From assembly GCA_005882765.1 (NCBI GenBank), contig VBDV01000113.1, forward strand, positions 1 to 59,735: 59,735 bases of DNA, written 5' to 3'. Both the position numbers and the translations under genes were made by a program. Source of the stretch: Chloroflexota bacterium (GTDB lineage: Bacteria > Chloroflexota > Limnocylindria > P2-11E). Numbering within the stretch: the stretch's first letter is position 1; each line of letters opens with the position of its first letter. The notes under the pieces were generated by a model. It was not told the origin of the DNA, searched no databases, and was given only the letters and a program-made list of their open reading frames with translations. Positions 46,387 through 57,037 of this stretch are shown one piece after another.

Positions 46387-47484
46387 TTGACCCGGGAGGA
46401 CAAGTTCGCCAAGGAAGGTCTGACCTTCGACGACGTCCTCCTGATCCCTGCCCGTAGCGACATCCTCCCGACCCAGGTCTCCACCGAGACGCGCCTCACG
46501 AACGAGATCCGCCTCGACATTCCCATCCTCTCCGCCGCCATGGATACGGTCACGGACGCGCGGCTCGCCATCGCGCTTGGTCGCCTCGGCGGTCTCGGTG
46601 TCATCCATCGGAATCTGACCGTGGCGGAGCAGGTCGGAGAGGTGCGGCGGGCGAAGGACGCTGACGTGATCGTCGGCGCAGCGGTCGGCGTCTCCGGCGA
46701 CGCGGATGAGCGCGCGGCGGCGCTCGTAGGGGCGGGTGTCGACGTGATCGTGGTCGACACCGCGCATGGCCACTCCGCGGCCGTCGTGCGGATGGTCGAA
46801 AAGGTGAAGGCGCGGCATCGTGTCGACGTCATCGCTGGAAATGTGGCCACGGCCGAGGGTACCGAGGAGCTGATCGCGGCCGGCGCCGACTGCGTCAAGG
46901 TAGGTATGGGCCCGGGGGCGATCTGCACCACGCGGATCGTCGCGGGAGCTGGAATGCCGCAGATCACGGCGGTCTTCGACTGCGCGGAGGCGGCGGACCG
47001 GCACGGCATTCCCGTGTGCGCCGACGGTGGGATCCAGCATTCCGGCGACATCGCGAAAGCGATCGGCGCCGGTGCGTGGACCGTGATGCTCGGTGGACTT
47101 TTCGCGGGCGTGGACGAATCGCCCGGCGATGTCGTGGAAACCGAGGACGGCGCGTTCAAGTCGTATCGCGGGATGGGCTCGCTTGGCGCGATGGAGGCGC
47201 GGCGTTCGCGCGACCGCTACGGACAGGCCGACGTCGGCGAGTTCTCCAAGCTCGTCCCCGAGGGCGTCGAGGGTCGTGTTCGCGCGCTCGGTCCGCTCGC
47301 GGCGGTCGTGCATCAGCTCGTCGGTGGACTCCGCGCGGGCATGGGCTACGTCGGCGCGGCGACGATCGACGATCTTCGCGCCCGCGCGCGATTCGTTCGC
47401 ATATCCGGTGCGGGCCTTCGCGAATCCCACCCGCATGACATCCGCATCATGTCGGAACCACCGAACTATCGGGTCCGGGCCTAG
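46387..47484 (+). CDS. guaB: IMP dehydrogenase lacking CBS domains
   Basis: [41 protein letters not shown]. Confidence 0.93.
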   Translation: MTREDKFAKEGLTFDDVLLIPARSDILPTQVSTETRLTNEIRLDIPILSAAMDTVTDARLAIALGRLGGLGVIHRNLTVAEQVGEVRRAKDADVIVGAAVGVSGDADERAAALVGAGVDVIVVDTAHGHSAAVVRMVEKVKARHRVDVIAGNVATAEGTEELIAAGADCVKVGMGPGAICTTRIVAGAGMPQITAVFDCAEAADRHGIPVCADGGIQHSGDIAKAIGAGAWTVMLGGLFAGVDESPGDVVETEDGAFKSYRGMGSLGAMEARRSRDRYGQADVGEFSKLVPEGVEGRVRALGPLAAVVHQLVGGLRAGMGYVGAATIDDLRARARFVRISGAGLRESHPHDIRIMSEPPNYRVRA

Positions 47485-47487
47485 TCA

Positions 47488-49071
47488 GTGAGCCGCTCAC
47501 AGATCGACCGCCCCGACGCCGGGGCGAAAACCGGTCCGTCCGCACGCGCAACGATCGCGATCCTCGACTTTGGATCTCAGTACACGCAGCTCATCGCTCG
47601 TCGCGTGCGCGAATCACGCGTGTACTGCGAGATCTTCCCGCACGACATCACGCCGGCCGAGCTTCGCGCGAAGAACGTCATCGGCGTGATCCTTTCCGGC
47701 GGTCCGGCCAGCGTCTACGACGAGGGCGCGCCGAGCGTCGACCCGCGCGTCATCAACGGGGACTTTCCGGTCCTCGGCATCTGCTACGGCATGCAGCTCA
47801 TGGCGCACCTCTTGGGCGGGGACGTGGTCGCCGAGGGAAAACGCGAGTACGGACCCGCCACAGTCGAAATCGCAGACCGCGCCGGCATCTTCGAGGGACT
47901 CTCGGCGCAGGAGCGCGCCTGGGTCAGCCACGGCGACACCGTCCGCCGACCACCGGACGGATTTTCAGTCGTCGCGCGCACGACCAGCGTGCCTATCGCC
48001 GCTATTACCGACGGTAAGACCCGCTATGCGGTGCAGTTCCATCCGGAGGTCGCCCACACGCCGCACGGCGCGGAGATCCTTCGCAACTTCCTCTACCGCG
48101 TCTGCGGCGCGACCGGCGATTGGACCCCCGCGGCGTTCGTGGAGGAGGCCGTCGCCGAGATCCGCGACAGGATCGGCGACCGTCGCGCGATCTGCGCGCT
48201 TTCCGGCGGGGTCGACTCCGCCGTGGCCGCTGCGCTCGTCGCGCGCGCGATCGGCGATCGCCTCACCTGCGTCTTCGTCGACACCGGTCTGCTGCGTGCA
48301 AATGAGGCGGAGGAGGTCGTCGCGGCGTTCGGCCCGCGGCTGCGGCTCATCCATCTCGACGCGGCCGATCGGTTTCTCGAGAAGCTGAAGGACGTCGCGG
48401 AGCCGGAGCGGAAGCGGGCGCTTATTGGCGAAGAGTTCGTGCGCTGCTTCGAGGAGCAGGCCGAGCGGGTGGGGCACGTGGACCTACTTGTGCAGGGCAC
48501 GATCTACCCGGACGTCATCGAATCGCGATCGCGGGACTCGAAGACGAGCGCTCGCATCAAGACGCATCACAACGTCGGGGGCCTTCCCGAGGTCATGGCG
48601 CTCGAAGTCGTCGAGCCACTCCGGCGCCTCTTCAAGGATGAGGTCCGCCGCGTCGGCGCCGAGCTCGGTATCCCTGAGGACATCCTCTGGCGACATCCGT
48701 TCCCCGGGCCTGGTCTCGCGGTGCGCGTGATCGGATCCGTCGATCGCGAAAGCCTCGAGACGCTCCGGCGCGCGGACGCGATCTTCCTCGAAGAGCTGCG
48801 TGCCGCGGATCTGTACCGCACCGTCGCGCAGGCGTTCGCGGTCCTCACCCCGGTGCGCAGCGTCGGTGTGCAGGGCGACTACCGGACGTACGGGGCACTT
48901 GTCGCGCTTCGCGCGGTGACGACCGAAGACTTCATGACGGCGGACTGGGCGCGGCTTCCATACGACCTGCTCGAGCGCGTCTCCGCGCGCATCGTGAATG
49001 AGGTGCCCGGCGTGAATCGTGTCGTCTACGACGTCTCGTCGAAGCCACCAGCGACGATCGAGTGGGAATGA
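47488..49071 (+). CDS. guaA: GMP synthase (glutamine-hydrolysing)
   Basis: [31 protein letters not shown]. Confidence 0.97.
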   Translation: MSRSQIDRPDAGAKTGPSARATIAILDFGSQYTQLIARRVRESRVYCEIFPHDITPAELRAKNVIGVILSGGPASVYDEGAPSVDPRVINGDFPVLGICYGMQLMAHLLGGDVVAEGKREYGPATVEIADRAGIFEGLSAQERAWVSHGDTVRRPPDGFSVVARTTSVPIAAITDGKTRYAVQFHPEVAHTPHGAEILRNFLYRVCGATGDWTPAAFVEEAVAEIRDRIGDRRAICALSGGVDSAVAAALVARAIGDRLTCVFVDTGLLRANEAEEVVAAFGPRLRLIHLDAADRFLEKLKDVAEPERKRALIGEEFVRCFEEQAERVGHVDLLVQGTIYPDVIESRSRDSKTSARIKTHHNVGGLPEVMALEVVEPLRRLFKDEVRRVGAELGIPEDILWRHPFPGPGLAVRVIGSVDRESLETLRRADAIFLEELRAADLYRTVAQAFAVLTPVRSVGVQGDYRTYGALVALRAVTTEDFMTADWARLPYDLLERVSARIVNEVPGVNRVVYDVSSKPPATIEWE

Positions 49072-50216
49072 GCGCCGTGGCGACCGCGGACGCGCGTGAG
49101 CTTCGCGGGGCGATGGTGGACGCGCTGAAGAAGCGCGGCGTTCGGTTACGTCCGCGGATAGAAGAGGCATTTCGCAGCGTCCCGCGCGAAGCGTTCCTGC
49201 CCGGCGTCGGCCTCGATCGCGTCTATAGCGGCGACGCCATCGTCACGAAGCAGGATGGCGAAGGCCGGCCCATTAGCTCTTCGAGCGAAGTCGGAATCAT
49301 GATCGACATGGCCGAGCTGCTCAATGTCGCGCCCGGTCACCGGATCTTGGAGATTGGCGCGGGAACCGGCTACAACGCCGCCGTTCTTTCGCAGCTTTCC
49401 GGTGACCGAGGCGCCGTCACGACTGTTGATCTCGATCCCGAGATCGCCGCACAAGCACGACAGAACCTCGCGGCCGCGAGCTTTCATCGTGTCGCAGTCA
49501 TTGCGGGTGACGGATGGGCGGGAACCGCCGACAGCATTTCCTTCGATCGAGTCGAGGTGACTGCGGGCGTCTCCGATCTCTCGCCGGCCTGGGTCGCGCA
49601 GCTCGCCGACGGCGGCACAATTGTGTTTCCGTTCGTGCTGCCGGCCGGGATGCAGACGGTCATGGCACTCCGGAAGCAAGGCACCGACCTTGTGAGCACC
49701 GGCCTAACTCCCGGCGCGTTTATGAGACTGCGCGGCCACGGCGGCGCGCCGCCCCGCATACGCACGGTCGGCGTGTTCGATATCGAGCTCAGCGATGAGC
49801 TCGTCGGTGTCGCGAACGAGAAAATCGCCGCGCTGATGCGGGAACCCCCACGGCGTCTGATCGCGCCGCCCCTCCGTTGGGAGGTCATGACCTTACTGGC
49901 GCTGTTCGGGGCCAACATCAGCGTGAGCAAGAGAGGCCGGCTCGGGCTCACGGTCGGCATCCTCGATCCGGCCGGAAGCTTGGCTCTCGTCGATCTGTCG
50001 CGGGATTCGATCGCCGGTCCTTTCAGCCTCGTTGTCTCGTTTGGTTCAGAAGCTGCCGAGTCTCGACTGTTCGACGCGATCGAGCGCCTCCGCACGGCAA
50101 GACTCGAAAATCTGCATGTGCTCGCGAGGCCGACGCGATTGCCCGCCCCCGTCGGCGATGTCGTGGTCCGGCGCGCTGAATTCACGTTCGCTTTCACGAC
50201 GAAGATGTCCGGGTGA
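49068..50216 (+). CDS. Protein-L-isoaspartate O-methyltransferase-like protein with C-terminal extension
   Basis: [26 protein letters not shown]. Confidence 0.85.
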   Translation: MSAVATADARELRGAMVDALKKRGVRLRPRIEEAFRSVPREAFLPGVGLDRVYSGDAIVTKQDGEGRPISSSSEVGIMIDMAELLNVAPGHRILEIGAGTGYNAAVLSQLSGDRGAVTTVDLDPEIAAQARQNLAAASFHRVAVIAGDGWAGTADSISFDRVEVTAGVSDLSPAWVAQLADGGTIVFPFVLPAGMQTVMALRKQGTDLVSTGLTPGAFMRLRGHGGAPPRIRTVGVFDIELSDELVGVANEKIAALMREPPRRLIAPPLRWEVMTLLALFGANISVSKRGRLGLTVGILDPAGSLALVDLSRDSIAGPFSLVVSFGSEAAESRLFDAIERLRTARLENLHVLARPTRLPAPVGDVVVRRAEFTFAFTTKMSG

Positions 50217-51571
50217 AGGGCCTGTTTGGCGGCGAGGCCGTCTACAAGAAGATCTGGGAGCAGCGCAAGCAGCGCAGCCCGCGCCGATCGGCGGGCGCGC
50301 CCGGTCTCAACTGTCTCGTGCTCGGCGGGGGCGGGCGCGAGTACGCCATCGCCTGGCGCCTCGCGAACTGCAACAGCGTGACGACCATCGACGCCGTCCC
50401 GGGGAACGCCGGCCTGTCGCTTTTCACGCGCGTGATCGACCAGTCCCCCGACAACGTGAGCTGGCTCGACGAGCACGTCCTCGCGTCGTTCATCGACCTC
50501 GCGATCGTCGGCACCGACGAGCTCGTCGCCGCGGGGATCGGCGACGCGCTGCGCCGCTCGGGCATCTCCGTGGTCGGACCGTCCAAAGACGCATCGAAGG
50601 TCGAGTGGTCCAAATCGTTCGCCAAGGAGCTCATGGCGGAGGCCGGCATTCCCACCTCGAGGTCCGAGTCGTTCGCCGACGCCGGCGCCGCAAAGGAGGC
50701 CCTCGCGCACTGGCGAGCGCCGGTCGTGGTGAAAGCCGACGGTCTCGCGCTCGGCAAGGGCGTGACCGTCGCGCGGACGCTCGAGGAGGCGGCAGAGGCC
50801 CTCGCGACGCCGCCCGCGAATAGCGGCCGCGTCCTTCTGGAAGAGCTGCTCGAGGGGGAAGAAGCGTCGCTGCAGGCACTCGTCGACGGCGAAGTGGTCG
50901 TCGCGCTCCCGCCGGCGCGCGATCACAAGCGCGCCCACGACGGGGACACCGGGCCGAACACCGGTGGCATGGGTGCGTTCTCGCCGACGGTGGTCTTGCC
51001 CGACGACCAGGCGCAGGCCGTCGCCGAGGAGCTGATCGCGCCGATCGCGGCCGCGCTCGCAAAGCGCGGGACGCCCTATCGCGGTGTCCTCTACGCGGGG
51101 CTCATGAAGACCGCGGCCGGCTGGAGGGTGCTCGAGTACAACGCTCGCTTCGGCGATCCCGAGGCCGAGGTCACGCTCCCGCGGATCGAAGGCGACTTCG
51201 CGAAGCTCCTGTTCGCTCTCGGCGAAGGCCGCCTCGCGGAGTACATCGCCGCGGAGCCGATCCGGTTCAGCAAGCGCCACTACGTCGACGTGGTGCTCTG
51301 CGCCGAGAACTATCCGGGGCCGCCGAAAACCGGCATGCCCATCGTGGGACTCGATCGTCTACCCGAGAACGTGCTTGCATTTCACGGCGCGACCAAACGG
51401 AACGCGACCGGCGACGTCGTCGTGGGTGGCGGCCGCGTCATGCATATCGTTGCGAGCGGCGACAGCATCGCGGAAGCGCGCGATCGGGCGTACGCCGGCG
51501 CGGAGCGCGTGAGCTTCGAGGGCAAGTTCTATCGTTCGGACATCGCGCAGCAGGAGGTGGCGGTCGCTTGA
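50213..51571 (+). CDS. purD: Phosphoribosylamine-glycine ligase
   Basis: GGGGRE, KADGLA.GKGV, GPNTGGMG, EYNARFGDPE. Confidence 0.95.
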   Translation: MKGLFGGEAVYKKIWEQRKQRSPRRSAGAPGLNCLVLGGGGREYAIAWRLANCNSVTTIDAVPGNAGLSLFTRVIDQSPDNVSWLDEHVLASFIDLAIVGTDELVAAGIGDALRRSGISVVGPSKDASKVEWSKSFAKELMAEAGIPTSRSESFADAGAAKEALAHWRAPVVVKADGLALGKGVTVARTLEEAAEALATPPANSGRVLLEELLEGEEASLQALVDGEVVVALPPARDHKRAHDGDTGPNTGGMGAFSPTVVLPDDQAQAVAEELIAPIAAALAKRGTPYRGVLYAGLMKTAAGWRVLEYNARFGDPEAEVTLPRIEGDFAKLLFALGEGRLAEYIAAEPIRFSKRHYVDVVLCAENYPGPPKTGMPIVGLDRLPENVLAFHGATKRNATGDVVVGGGRVMHIVASGDSIAEARDRAYAGAERVSFEGKFYRSDIAQQEVAVA

Positions 51572-52050
51572 CGACATCGAAGGTCGCGATCGTCATGGGC
51601 TCCACGTCCGACCAGACCACGATGCGCTTTGCCTCCGAGACTCTCGAGAGCCTCGGCGTGGACAGCGAGACGCGGGTACTCTCGGCGCATCGCACCCCCG
51701 AGGCGCTCCGTGACTGGGTCGACGGACTCGAAGGACGTGGCGTCCGCGTCGTGATCTGTGGCGCCGGCGGTGCGGCGCACCTCGCCGGTGCGGTCGCGGC
51801 GCTCACCACGCTTCCGGTGATCGGCGTGCCACTCGTCGCGCCGAACGCGATCGCCGGCGGGCTCGACGCGCTCCTCTCGACGGTCCAGATGCCGCGAGGC
51901 ATTCCGGTCGCGACCGTCGCCGTCGGTGACGCGGGTGCGGTGAACGCGGGCATCCTCGCCGCTGAGATACTCGCGACCAGCGACGAGCTGCTGGGCGGCC
52001 GCATCAAAGAGATGCGTAGGCGCAATGCGGCGAAGATCGTGTCGGGATGA
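51568..52050 (+). CDS. purE: N5-CAIR mutase / AIR carboxylase
   Basis: MGSTSD, SAHRTP, AAHLAG, QMPRGIPVATV. Confidence 0.95.
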   Translation: MTTSKVAIVMGSTSDQTTMRFASETLESLGVDSETRVLSAHRTPEALRDWVDGLEGRGVRVVICGAGGAAHLAGAVAALTTLPVIGVPLVAPNAIAGGLDALLSTVQMPRGIPVATVAVGDAGAVNAGILAAEILATSDELLGGRIKEMRRRNAAKIVSG

Positions 52051-52241
52051 TCGTCGCGTTGGATAGTGCCGCGGGTCCTGTCCCGCTTCGCGGTCAGGGG
52101 CCCCTGCCCCTTGGGTCGGGGGTTGCCCGCTCGCTACCGGTCGGCTTCATCCGCGAGACCAACCGATCCGCGCGACGCCGCCGGATGGACGCTCGCGGGC
52201 AACCCCGCTCCCCCGTGCCACCCGCGGCGCAAATGCAATGA
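52047..52241 (+). repeat. Palindromic intercistronic insert with a 64-aa ORF coupled to purE and purB
   Basis: Inverted repeats 52068-52076/52220-52228 and 52119-52130/52195-52206; ATGA overlaps at both ends. Confidence 0.7.
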
Positions 52242-53644
52242 CGATCACCAATCGCTTTGACACCGTGTCCCCGCTGGACTCTCGTTTTTATGGCGGCGAT
52301 CCCGCTCTGTACAAGGCGCTCCATCCATATCTTTCGGCGGCGGCCGCTATCAAGTACATGGCGCGGGTCGAAGGAGCTTTGGCGCTTGCACTCGCGGACG
52401 TCGGCATTACCGACAAGAGCGTCGCGAACGCGATCGCCAGCGCAGCCGACCGCATCACCGCGCAGGAGGTGGCGGACGAGGAGTCGCGCACGCGTCACGA
52501 CGTGCGCGCACTTGTGAACGTCATCCGCGCGCAGGTTCCCGACGAGGCCAAGCGCTTCGTCCATCTCGGCGCGACGAGTTACGACATCGTCGACACGGCA
52601 AACGCGCTCCGCTATCGGGAGTGCATCGATCGTGTCGTTGTGCCCACCCTCGCGGTGCTCATCGCCAAGTGCATCTCCATCGCCGAGGCGGAGGCCGACA
52701 CCGCGCAGATCGGCCGCACCCACGGCCGCCACGCCGAGCCCGTGACGTTCGGCTTCGCGATGGCCGAGTACGTCTCGCGCCTCGGCGATCGACTCGAGCA
52801 GCTTCGGCTCTCCGCCAGGCGGCTTCCCGGCAAGCTGTCCGGTGCGGTCGGCGCGTACAACGCGCTCGCGCTCTTAGCCTCGGATCCGCGCGCGCTGGAG
52901 CGCAGGTTCCTGGGGAGCCTGCAGCTCCATCCCGCTCCGGTGTCCACCCAGATCGTGCCGCCCGAGGGCTGGACCGACCTCGCGCACGCCTGCGTGAGCG
53001 CGCTCGGCGTCATGGCCAACCTCGCCGACGACATGCGGCAGCTGCAACGGAGCGAGATCGGCGAGGTGGCGGAGTCGTTCGCCGCGGAGCAGGTGGGATC
53101 GTCGACCATGCCGCACAAGCGCAACCCGGTCTCCTTCGAGAACGTGAAGTCGATCTGGAAGGCGATCGCGCCGCGCATGCTCACGACCTACATGGACCAG
53201 ATCAGCGAGCACCAGCGCGATCTCACGAACTCGGCGTCGCAGCGCTTCCTCGGGGAAATACTCGCGGCCACGACGTACGCCGCGGGCCGCCTCGCGGCGT
53301 CGCTCGACGGCATGCGCGTCGACCGCGAGCGCCTGAAAGCGAACCTCGCGATGTCGCGCGGCGCGATCGCGGCCGAGCCGCTCTACGTCCTCCTCGCGAA
53401 ATACGGTCATCCCGACGCTCACGAGGCGGTGCGCCGGCTCACCCTCGAGGCCGAGCGCGGTTCGCGCTCGCTCCTCGAGGTGGCGACGCTCGATGGCGAT
53501 CTTCGCCCCTATCTTGTGAAGTTCACTCCCGACGAAAGGCGCATCCTCGAGCGTCCCGACGAGTACCGCGGTCTCGCACCGGAGGTCGCGCGCGAGATCG
53601 CGTCGGCCTGGCGCGAGCGGCTCAAGGGCATCCTCCCCGAGTGA
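52238..53644 (+). CDS. purB: Adenylosuccinate lyase
   Basis: HLGATS, GRTHG.HA, GSSTMPHKRNP, HQRDL. Confidence 0.95.
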   Translation: MTITNRFDTVSPLDSRFYGGDPALYKALHPYLSAAAAIKYMARVEGALALALADVGITDKSVANAIASAADRITAQEVADEESRTRHDVRALVNVIRAQVPDEAKRFVHLGATSYDIVDTANALRYRECIDRVVVPTLAVLIAKCISIAEAEADTAQIGRTHGRHAEPVTFGFAMAEYVSRLGDRLEQLRLSARRLPGKLSGAVGAYNALALLASDPRALERRFLGSLQLHPAPVSTQIVPPEGWTDLAHACVSALGVMANLADDMRQLQRSEIGEVAESFAAEQVGSSTMPHKRNPVSFENVKSIWKAIAPRMLTTYMDQISEHQRDLTNSASQRFLGEILAATTYAAGRLAASLDGMRVDRERLKANLAMSRGAIAAEPLYVLLAKYGHPDAHEAVRRLTLEAERGSRSLLEVATLDGDLRPYLVKFTPDERRILERPDEYRGLAPEVAREIASAWRERLKGILPE

Positions 53645-54528
53645 GCGTCCTCCTCGAATCGCGGGTCGACGGCGCCACCCTCTTCCGCCGCGGCAAGGTC
53701 CGCGATGTCTACGAGGCAGGCGGCGACAAGCTGGTCATCGTCGCGAGCGATCGGCTCTCGGCATTCGATGCCGTCCTGCCGACGCCGATTCCCGACAAGG
53801 GCCGCGTCCTGACCCAGCTCTCGAACTTCTGGTTCCGCAAGACCGAGAAGATCGTGCCCAACCACCTTGTCTCCACCGACCTTCGCCGTTTCCCCAGAGC
53901 CTTCAAAGACGCGAAGTCGCTCGCCGGGCGGGCGGTGCTCGTGCAGCACTGCGAACGGATCGACATCGAGTGCGTCGCGCGCGGCTACATCTCGGGCTCC
54001 GCCTGGACGGAGTACAAGGCGCTCGGAACGGTCGCAGGCGACGAGCTTCCGAAGGCGCTCATCGAGTCGGAGCAGCTCGCCGAGCCGATCTTCACGCCGG
54101 CCACGAAGGCCGAGTCGGGCCACGACCAGAACATCAGCCGCTCACAGCTCGCGGGCATGATCGGCACCGAGCTCGCCCGGGAGCTCGAACGCCTCACGCT
54201 CGCGCTCTACCGGTTCGCCCACGACTACGCCGCGTCGAAGGGTCTCATCCTCGCCGACACGAAGTTCGAGTTCGGAATGTTCGACGGCCGGATCACGCTC
54301 ATCGACGAGATCCTGACCCCGGACTCGTCCCGCTACTGGGACGCGGAGTCCTACAAGCCCGGAACCTCGCCCGCCTCGTTCGACAAGCAATACGTGCGCG
54401 ACTTCCTCGTGCAAAGCGGCTGGAACAAGGAGCCGCCTGCGCCGGCGCTTCCCCCGGACGTGGTGAAGGGCACGAGCGAGCGGTATCGCGAGGCGTACAA
54501 GCGCATCGTCGGGAAGGCGCTGTCGTGA
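53641..54528 (+). CDS. purC: SAICAR synthetase
   Basis: RGKVRD, SDRLSAFD, ECVARGY, ADTKFEFG, TPDSSR, DKQ. Confidence 0.96.
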   Translation: MSVLLESRVDGATLFRRGKVRDVYEAGGDKLVIVASDRLSAFDAVLPTPIPDKGRVLTQLSNFWFRKTEKIVPNHLVSTDLRRFPRAFKDAKSLAGRAVLVQHCERIDIECVARGYISGSAWTEYKALGTVAGDELPKALIESEQLAEPIFTPATKAESGHDQNISRSQLAGMIGTELARELERLTLALYRFAHDYAASKGLILADTKFEFGMFDGRITLIDEILTPDSSRYWDAESYKPGTSPASFDKQYVRDFLVQSGWNKEPPAPALPPDVVKGTSERYREAYKRIVGKALS

Positions 54529-54788
54529 GATTCGTCGCGCGCGTCCTCGTGCGGCCGAAGGCCGAGGTCCGCGACCCGCAGGGCGAGGCCGTATTCGCGG
54601 CGCTCCGCTCGCTCGGCCATGACGTCTCCGAGGTGCGTACCGGCAAAGAGATTCTCGTCACCTTCGACGCAGCGGACGAGGAGTCCGCGCGCACCGCCGC
54701 CGAGCGCATGGGGGATCAGCTGCTCGCGAACCCGGTGATCGAGAGCTACGCCGTGGAGGTCGCTCGCGAGGCCGCTAAGGCCCGTTGA
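54525..54788 (+). CDS. purS: FGAM synthase subunit PurS
   Basis: DPQG, VRTGK, LLANPVIE. Confidence 0.93.
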   Translation: MRFVARVLVRPKAEVRDPQGEAVFAALRSLGHDVSEVRTGKEILVTFDAADEESARTAAERMGDQLLANPVIESYAVEVAREAAKAR

Positions 54789-55383
54789 GTCGCATCTCGG
54801 CGAGCTCGCGCTCGCTGAACACGCTCGGACAGATCGGGTCGCTTCCTCTGCTGGCGCGGCAGTTCATGGGCGAGTACATGAGGCCCACGCTCGAGAAGTC
54901 GGTGGGCGTCTCCGCCCAGTGGCCGTCCTTCGTTCCCGGTCCGAAGCAGCACCAGATGTGGCCCAGCTCGTGGAGGACGGTCGCCATGAGCTCGGGCACG
55001 GCGAGGTGCCGACTCCCATCGACGGTGTGGACGGCGATCTTCCGCGAGGTCACCTTGCCGCCGCTCGAGTGCTGCGTGAGCGCCGAGGTGCCGTTCGTAC
55101 CGTCGAGCTCCACATCGATGTCGCCGTCGGTGCGAAGCGAGAGCTGCCCACGCCCGGCCGTTGCCGTCGCCCAGGCGTTCGGCAGCGCGGCCGCTAGCGC
55201 GTCGCGGAGGTCAGGTAGGCGCGAGCGCTCCTGCGCGTCCCCCTGGTCGCCGACGAAGAGATGGACGCTCAGGAACGCCGCAGAAATGAGTGGCGCGATC
55301 GTGGGAGCGGGGCGCAAGCTGCCGATCAATCCGCATGACGACGTAAAGATGAGCGCGAACGCGAGCGCTGCGGCCTTCACCAC
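54775..55383 (-). CDS. Lipoprotein zinc metallopeptidase (HExxH, metzincin-like)
   Basis: Lipobox-like TSSC, VLHELGH...GH, Met-turn-like LMY. Confidence 0.75.
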   Translation of the reverse strand: MVKAAALAFALIFTSSCGLIGSLRPAPTIAPLISAAFLSVHLFVGDQGDAQERSRLPDLRDALAAALPNAWATATAGRGQLSLRTDGDIDVELDGTNGTSALTQHSSGGKVTSRKIAVHTVDGSRHLAVPELMATVLHELGHIWCCFGPGTKDGHWAETPTDFSSVGLMYSPMNCRASRGSDPICPSVFSERELAEMRLNGP

Positions 55384-55425
55384 CCGAAATTACTTCCCAT
55401 CTTCTCGCGCGCATGCATCAAACTG

Positions 55426-56145
55426 GTGGTGATGACGAGAGTCGCGATTCTTCGGTATCCGGGGACCTGGAGCGAGCGCGATTTCGCGCACGCGCTCTCC
55501 CTCATCGAGGGCGTCGACGCAGAGATCCAGTGGCACGAGAACGCCGATCTGCGCGGCTTCGACGCCGCAATCGTTCCGGGAGGGTTCAGTTACGGCGATT
55601 ACCTGCGGGCCGGTGCGATCGCGAAGCTCTCGCCCGGCACGAAGGAGCTTCGTCGCTTCGCGTCCGAGGGTGGCGCGATCCTCGGGAGCTGCAACGGATT
55701 TCAGATCCTCTGCGAGGCCGGTCTTCTTCCCGGCGCCCTCATCCGCAACTCCGATCTCGCCTATCGCTCCGACTGGGTCCGCATACGCGTGGAGAGTGAA
55801 GAGACCCCGTTCACGAGAGGACTTCGCGGAGCGGTGCTGCGCATGCCGATCGGCAACGGCGAGGGCTGCTGGGTCGCGGACCCCGAGACGCACGCCCGCG
55901 TCGAAGCCGCGGGCCGCGTCGTCGTGCGCTACGTCGACGAGCGCGGCGTCGTGACGGCCGACGCGAATCCGAACGGCTCCCTCGCAAACATCGCCGGGGT
56001 AGCGAATGAAACCGGCAACGTCGTCGGGCTCATGCCGCACCCCGAACGGTGCGTGGAAGCCATCCTTGGGGGTACGGATGGGTATCGGATGCTCGCAAAC
56101 CTGGTCGGCGCACGGCACGGCACGGCGCCTGCCCTATATAGATAG
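55426..56145 (+). CDS. purQ: FGAM synthase glutaminase subunit PurQ
   Basis: PGGFSYGDYLRAG, CNGFQIL, MPHPER. Confidence 0.96.
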   Translation: MVMTRVAILRYPGTWSERDFAHALSLIEGVDAEIQWHENADLRGFDAAIVPGGFSYGDYLRAGAIAKLSPGTKELRRFASEGGAILGSCNGFQILCEAGLLPGALIRNSDLAYRSDWVRIRVESEETPFTRGLRGAVLRMPIGNGEGCWVADPETHARVEAAGRVVVRYVDERGVVTADANPNGSLANIAGVANETGNVVGLMPHPERCVEAILGGTDGYRMLANLVGARHGTAPALYR

Positions 56146-56147
56146 CT

Positions 56148-56999
56148 ATGGACCTCTTCGAAAAACAGGCCCAGCTGCAGAGTCTCTTCCAGACCTCGCC
56201 GGTCGACGCGGCCTACGCACAGGGCACCCCCACCGGTAGGCGCATCGCGGGGAAGTACCAGGATCTCGACGTCGCCTTGCTGTTGCTTCAGCGCGTGAAC
56301 GCGAGCGAGTTCTTCGACTACCAGGTGTATTTCGTCAGCGAGCTCTCCAAGACGCTCGAGATCGAAGGCCTCGACGTGGTCATCCTCAACCAGGCTTCGT
56401 TGCTCCAGCGCGCTCAGATCATCCGTAGCTGGAGCCTCCTCTACCAGCGCGATCAGAAGCGGCGGGTGCACTTCGAGGCGCGCTCGGTGATGGAGTACCT
56501 CGAGTTCAAGAAGTACGACGACGTGCAGTCGAAGGCACTCGCCGAGCGAACGCGTGGCGAGCGGTTCGCCATCGACTCCGCGTACGTCCGCGCCCGCATC
56601 GCCCGCCTGCGCGAGTACACGACGCTTCTCGCGGACCTTCGCCAGATCGAGCACACCAAGTTCAAGGCGGACCCGAAGCTCTACGGCCTCGCGCAGTGGC
56701 ATCTTCAGCAGGCGGTCGAGCTACTCCTTGGCACCGGCGCCTACCTCGTAACGGCGCTGGCGCTGCCGAAGCCCGAGGCATACCACGACATCCTTGACGC
56801 GCTCGCGGGCCATGCCGTGATTGAGCGAGCGCTCGCGTACCGGCTCGAGCACCTCGCGAATCTGAGAAACCTCCTCGCATACGACCGCGAGCAGACCGAC
56901 ATCGATGACGTCTACGGCCAGATCCAGACGCGGATTCCGGACCTCGTCGCATTCGCCGATCAGGTCGAGAAATTCGTGGGTACCGGAGACCTCTCCTAG
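56148..56999 (+). CDS. Fused MNT nucleotidyltransferase-HEPN (DUF86) protein with degenerate motifs
   Basis: G(T)x11DLD plus LDVVILNQA MNT domain; C-terminal LQQAVE...P..Y...LRNLLAY HEPN domain. Confidence 0.75.
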   Translation: MDLFEKQAQLQSLFQTSPVDAAYAQGTPTGRRIAGKYQDLDVALLLLQRVNASEFFDYQVYFVSELSKTLEIEGLDVVILNQASLLQRAQIIRSWSLLYQRDQKRRVHFEARSVMEYLEFKKYDDVQSKALAERTRGERFAIDSAYVRARIARLREYTTLLADLRQIEHTKFKADPKLYGLAQWHLQQAVELLLGTGAYLVTALALPKPEAYHDILDALAGHAVIERALAYRLEHLANLRNLLAYDREQTDIDDVYGQIQTRIPDLVAFADQVEKFVGTGDLS

Positions 57000-57037
57000 C
57001 GCGACGCGTCCGGCGAGCCGACCATAGCGTCCAGCCA

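Noticed and set aside
46387-47484. guaB without CBS domains as a pseudogene or novelty
   Set aside because: Catalytic motifs are intact and CBS-less IMPDHs are known to occur naturally
51568-52050. Absence of purK implying a class II PurE
   Set aside because: The cluster continues beyond the window and purK may lie elsewhere; cannot be decided from this sequence
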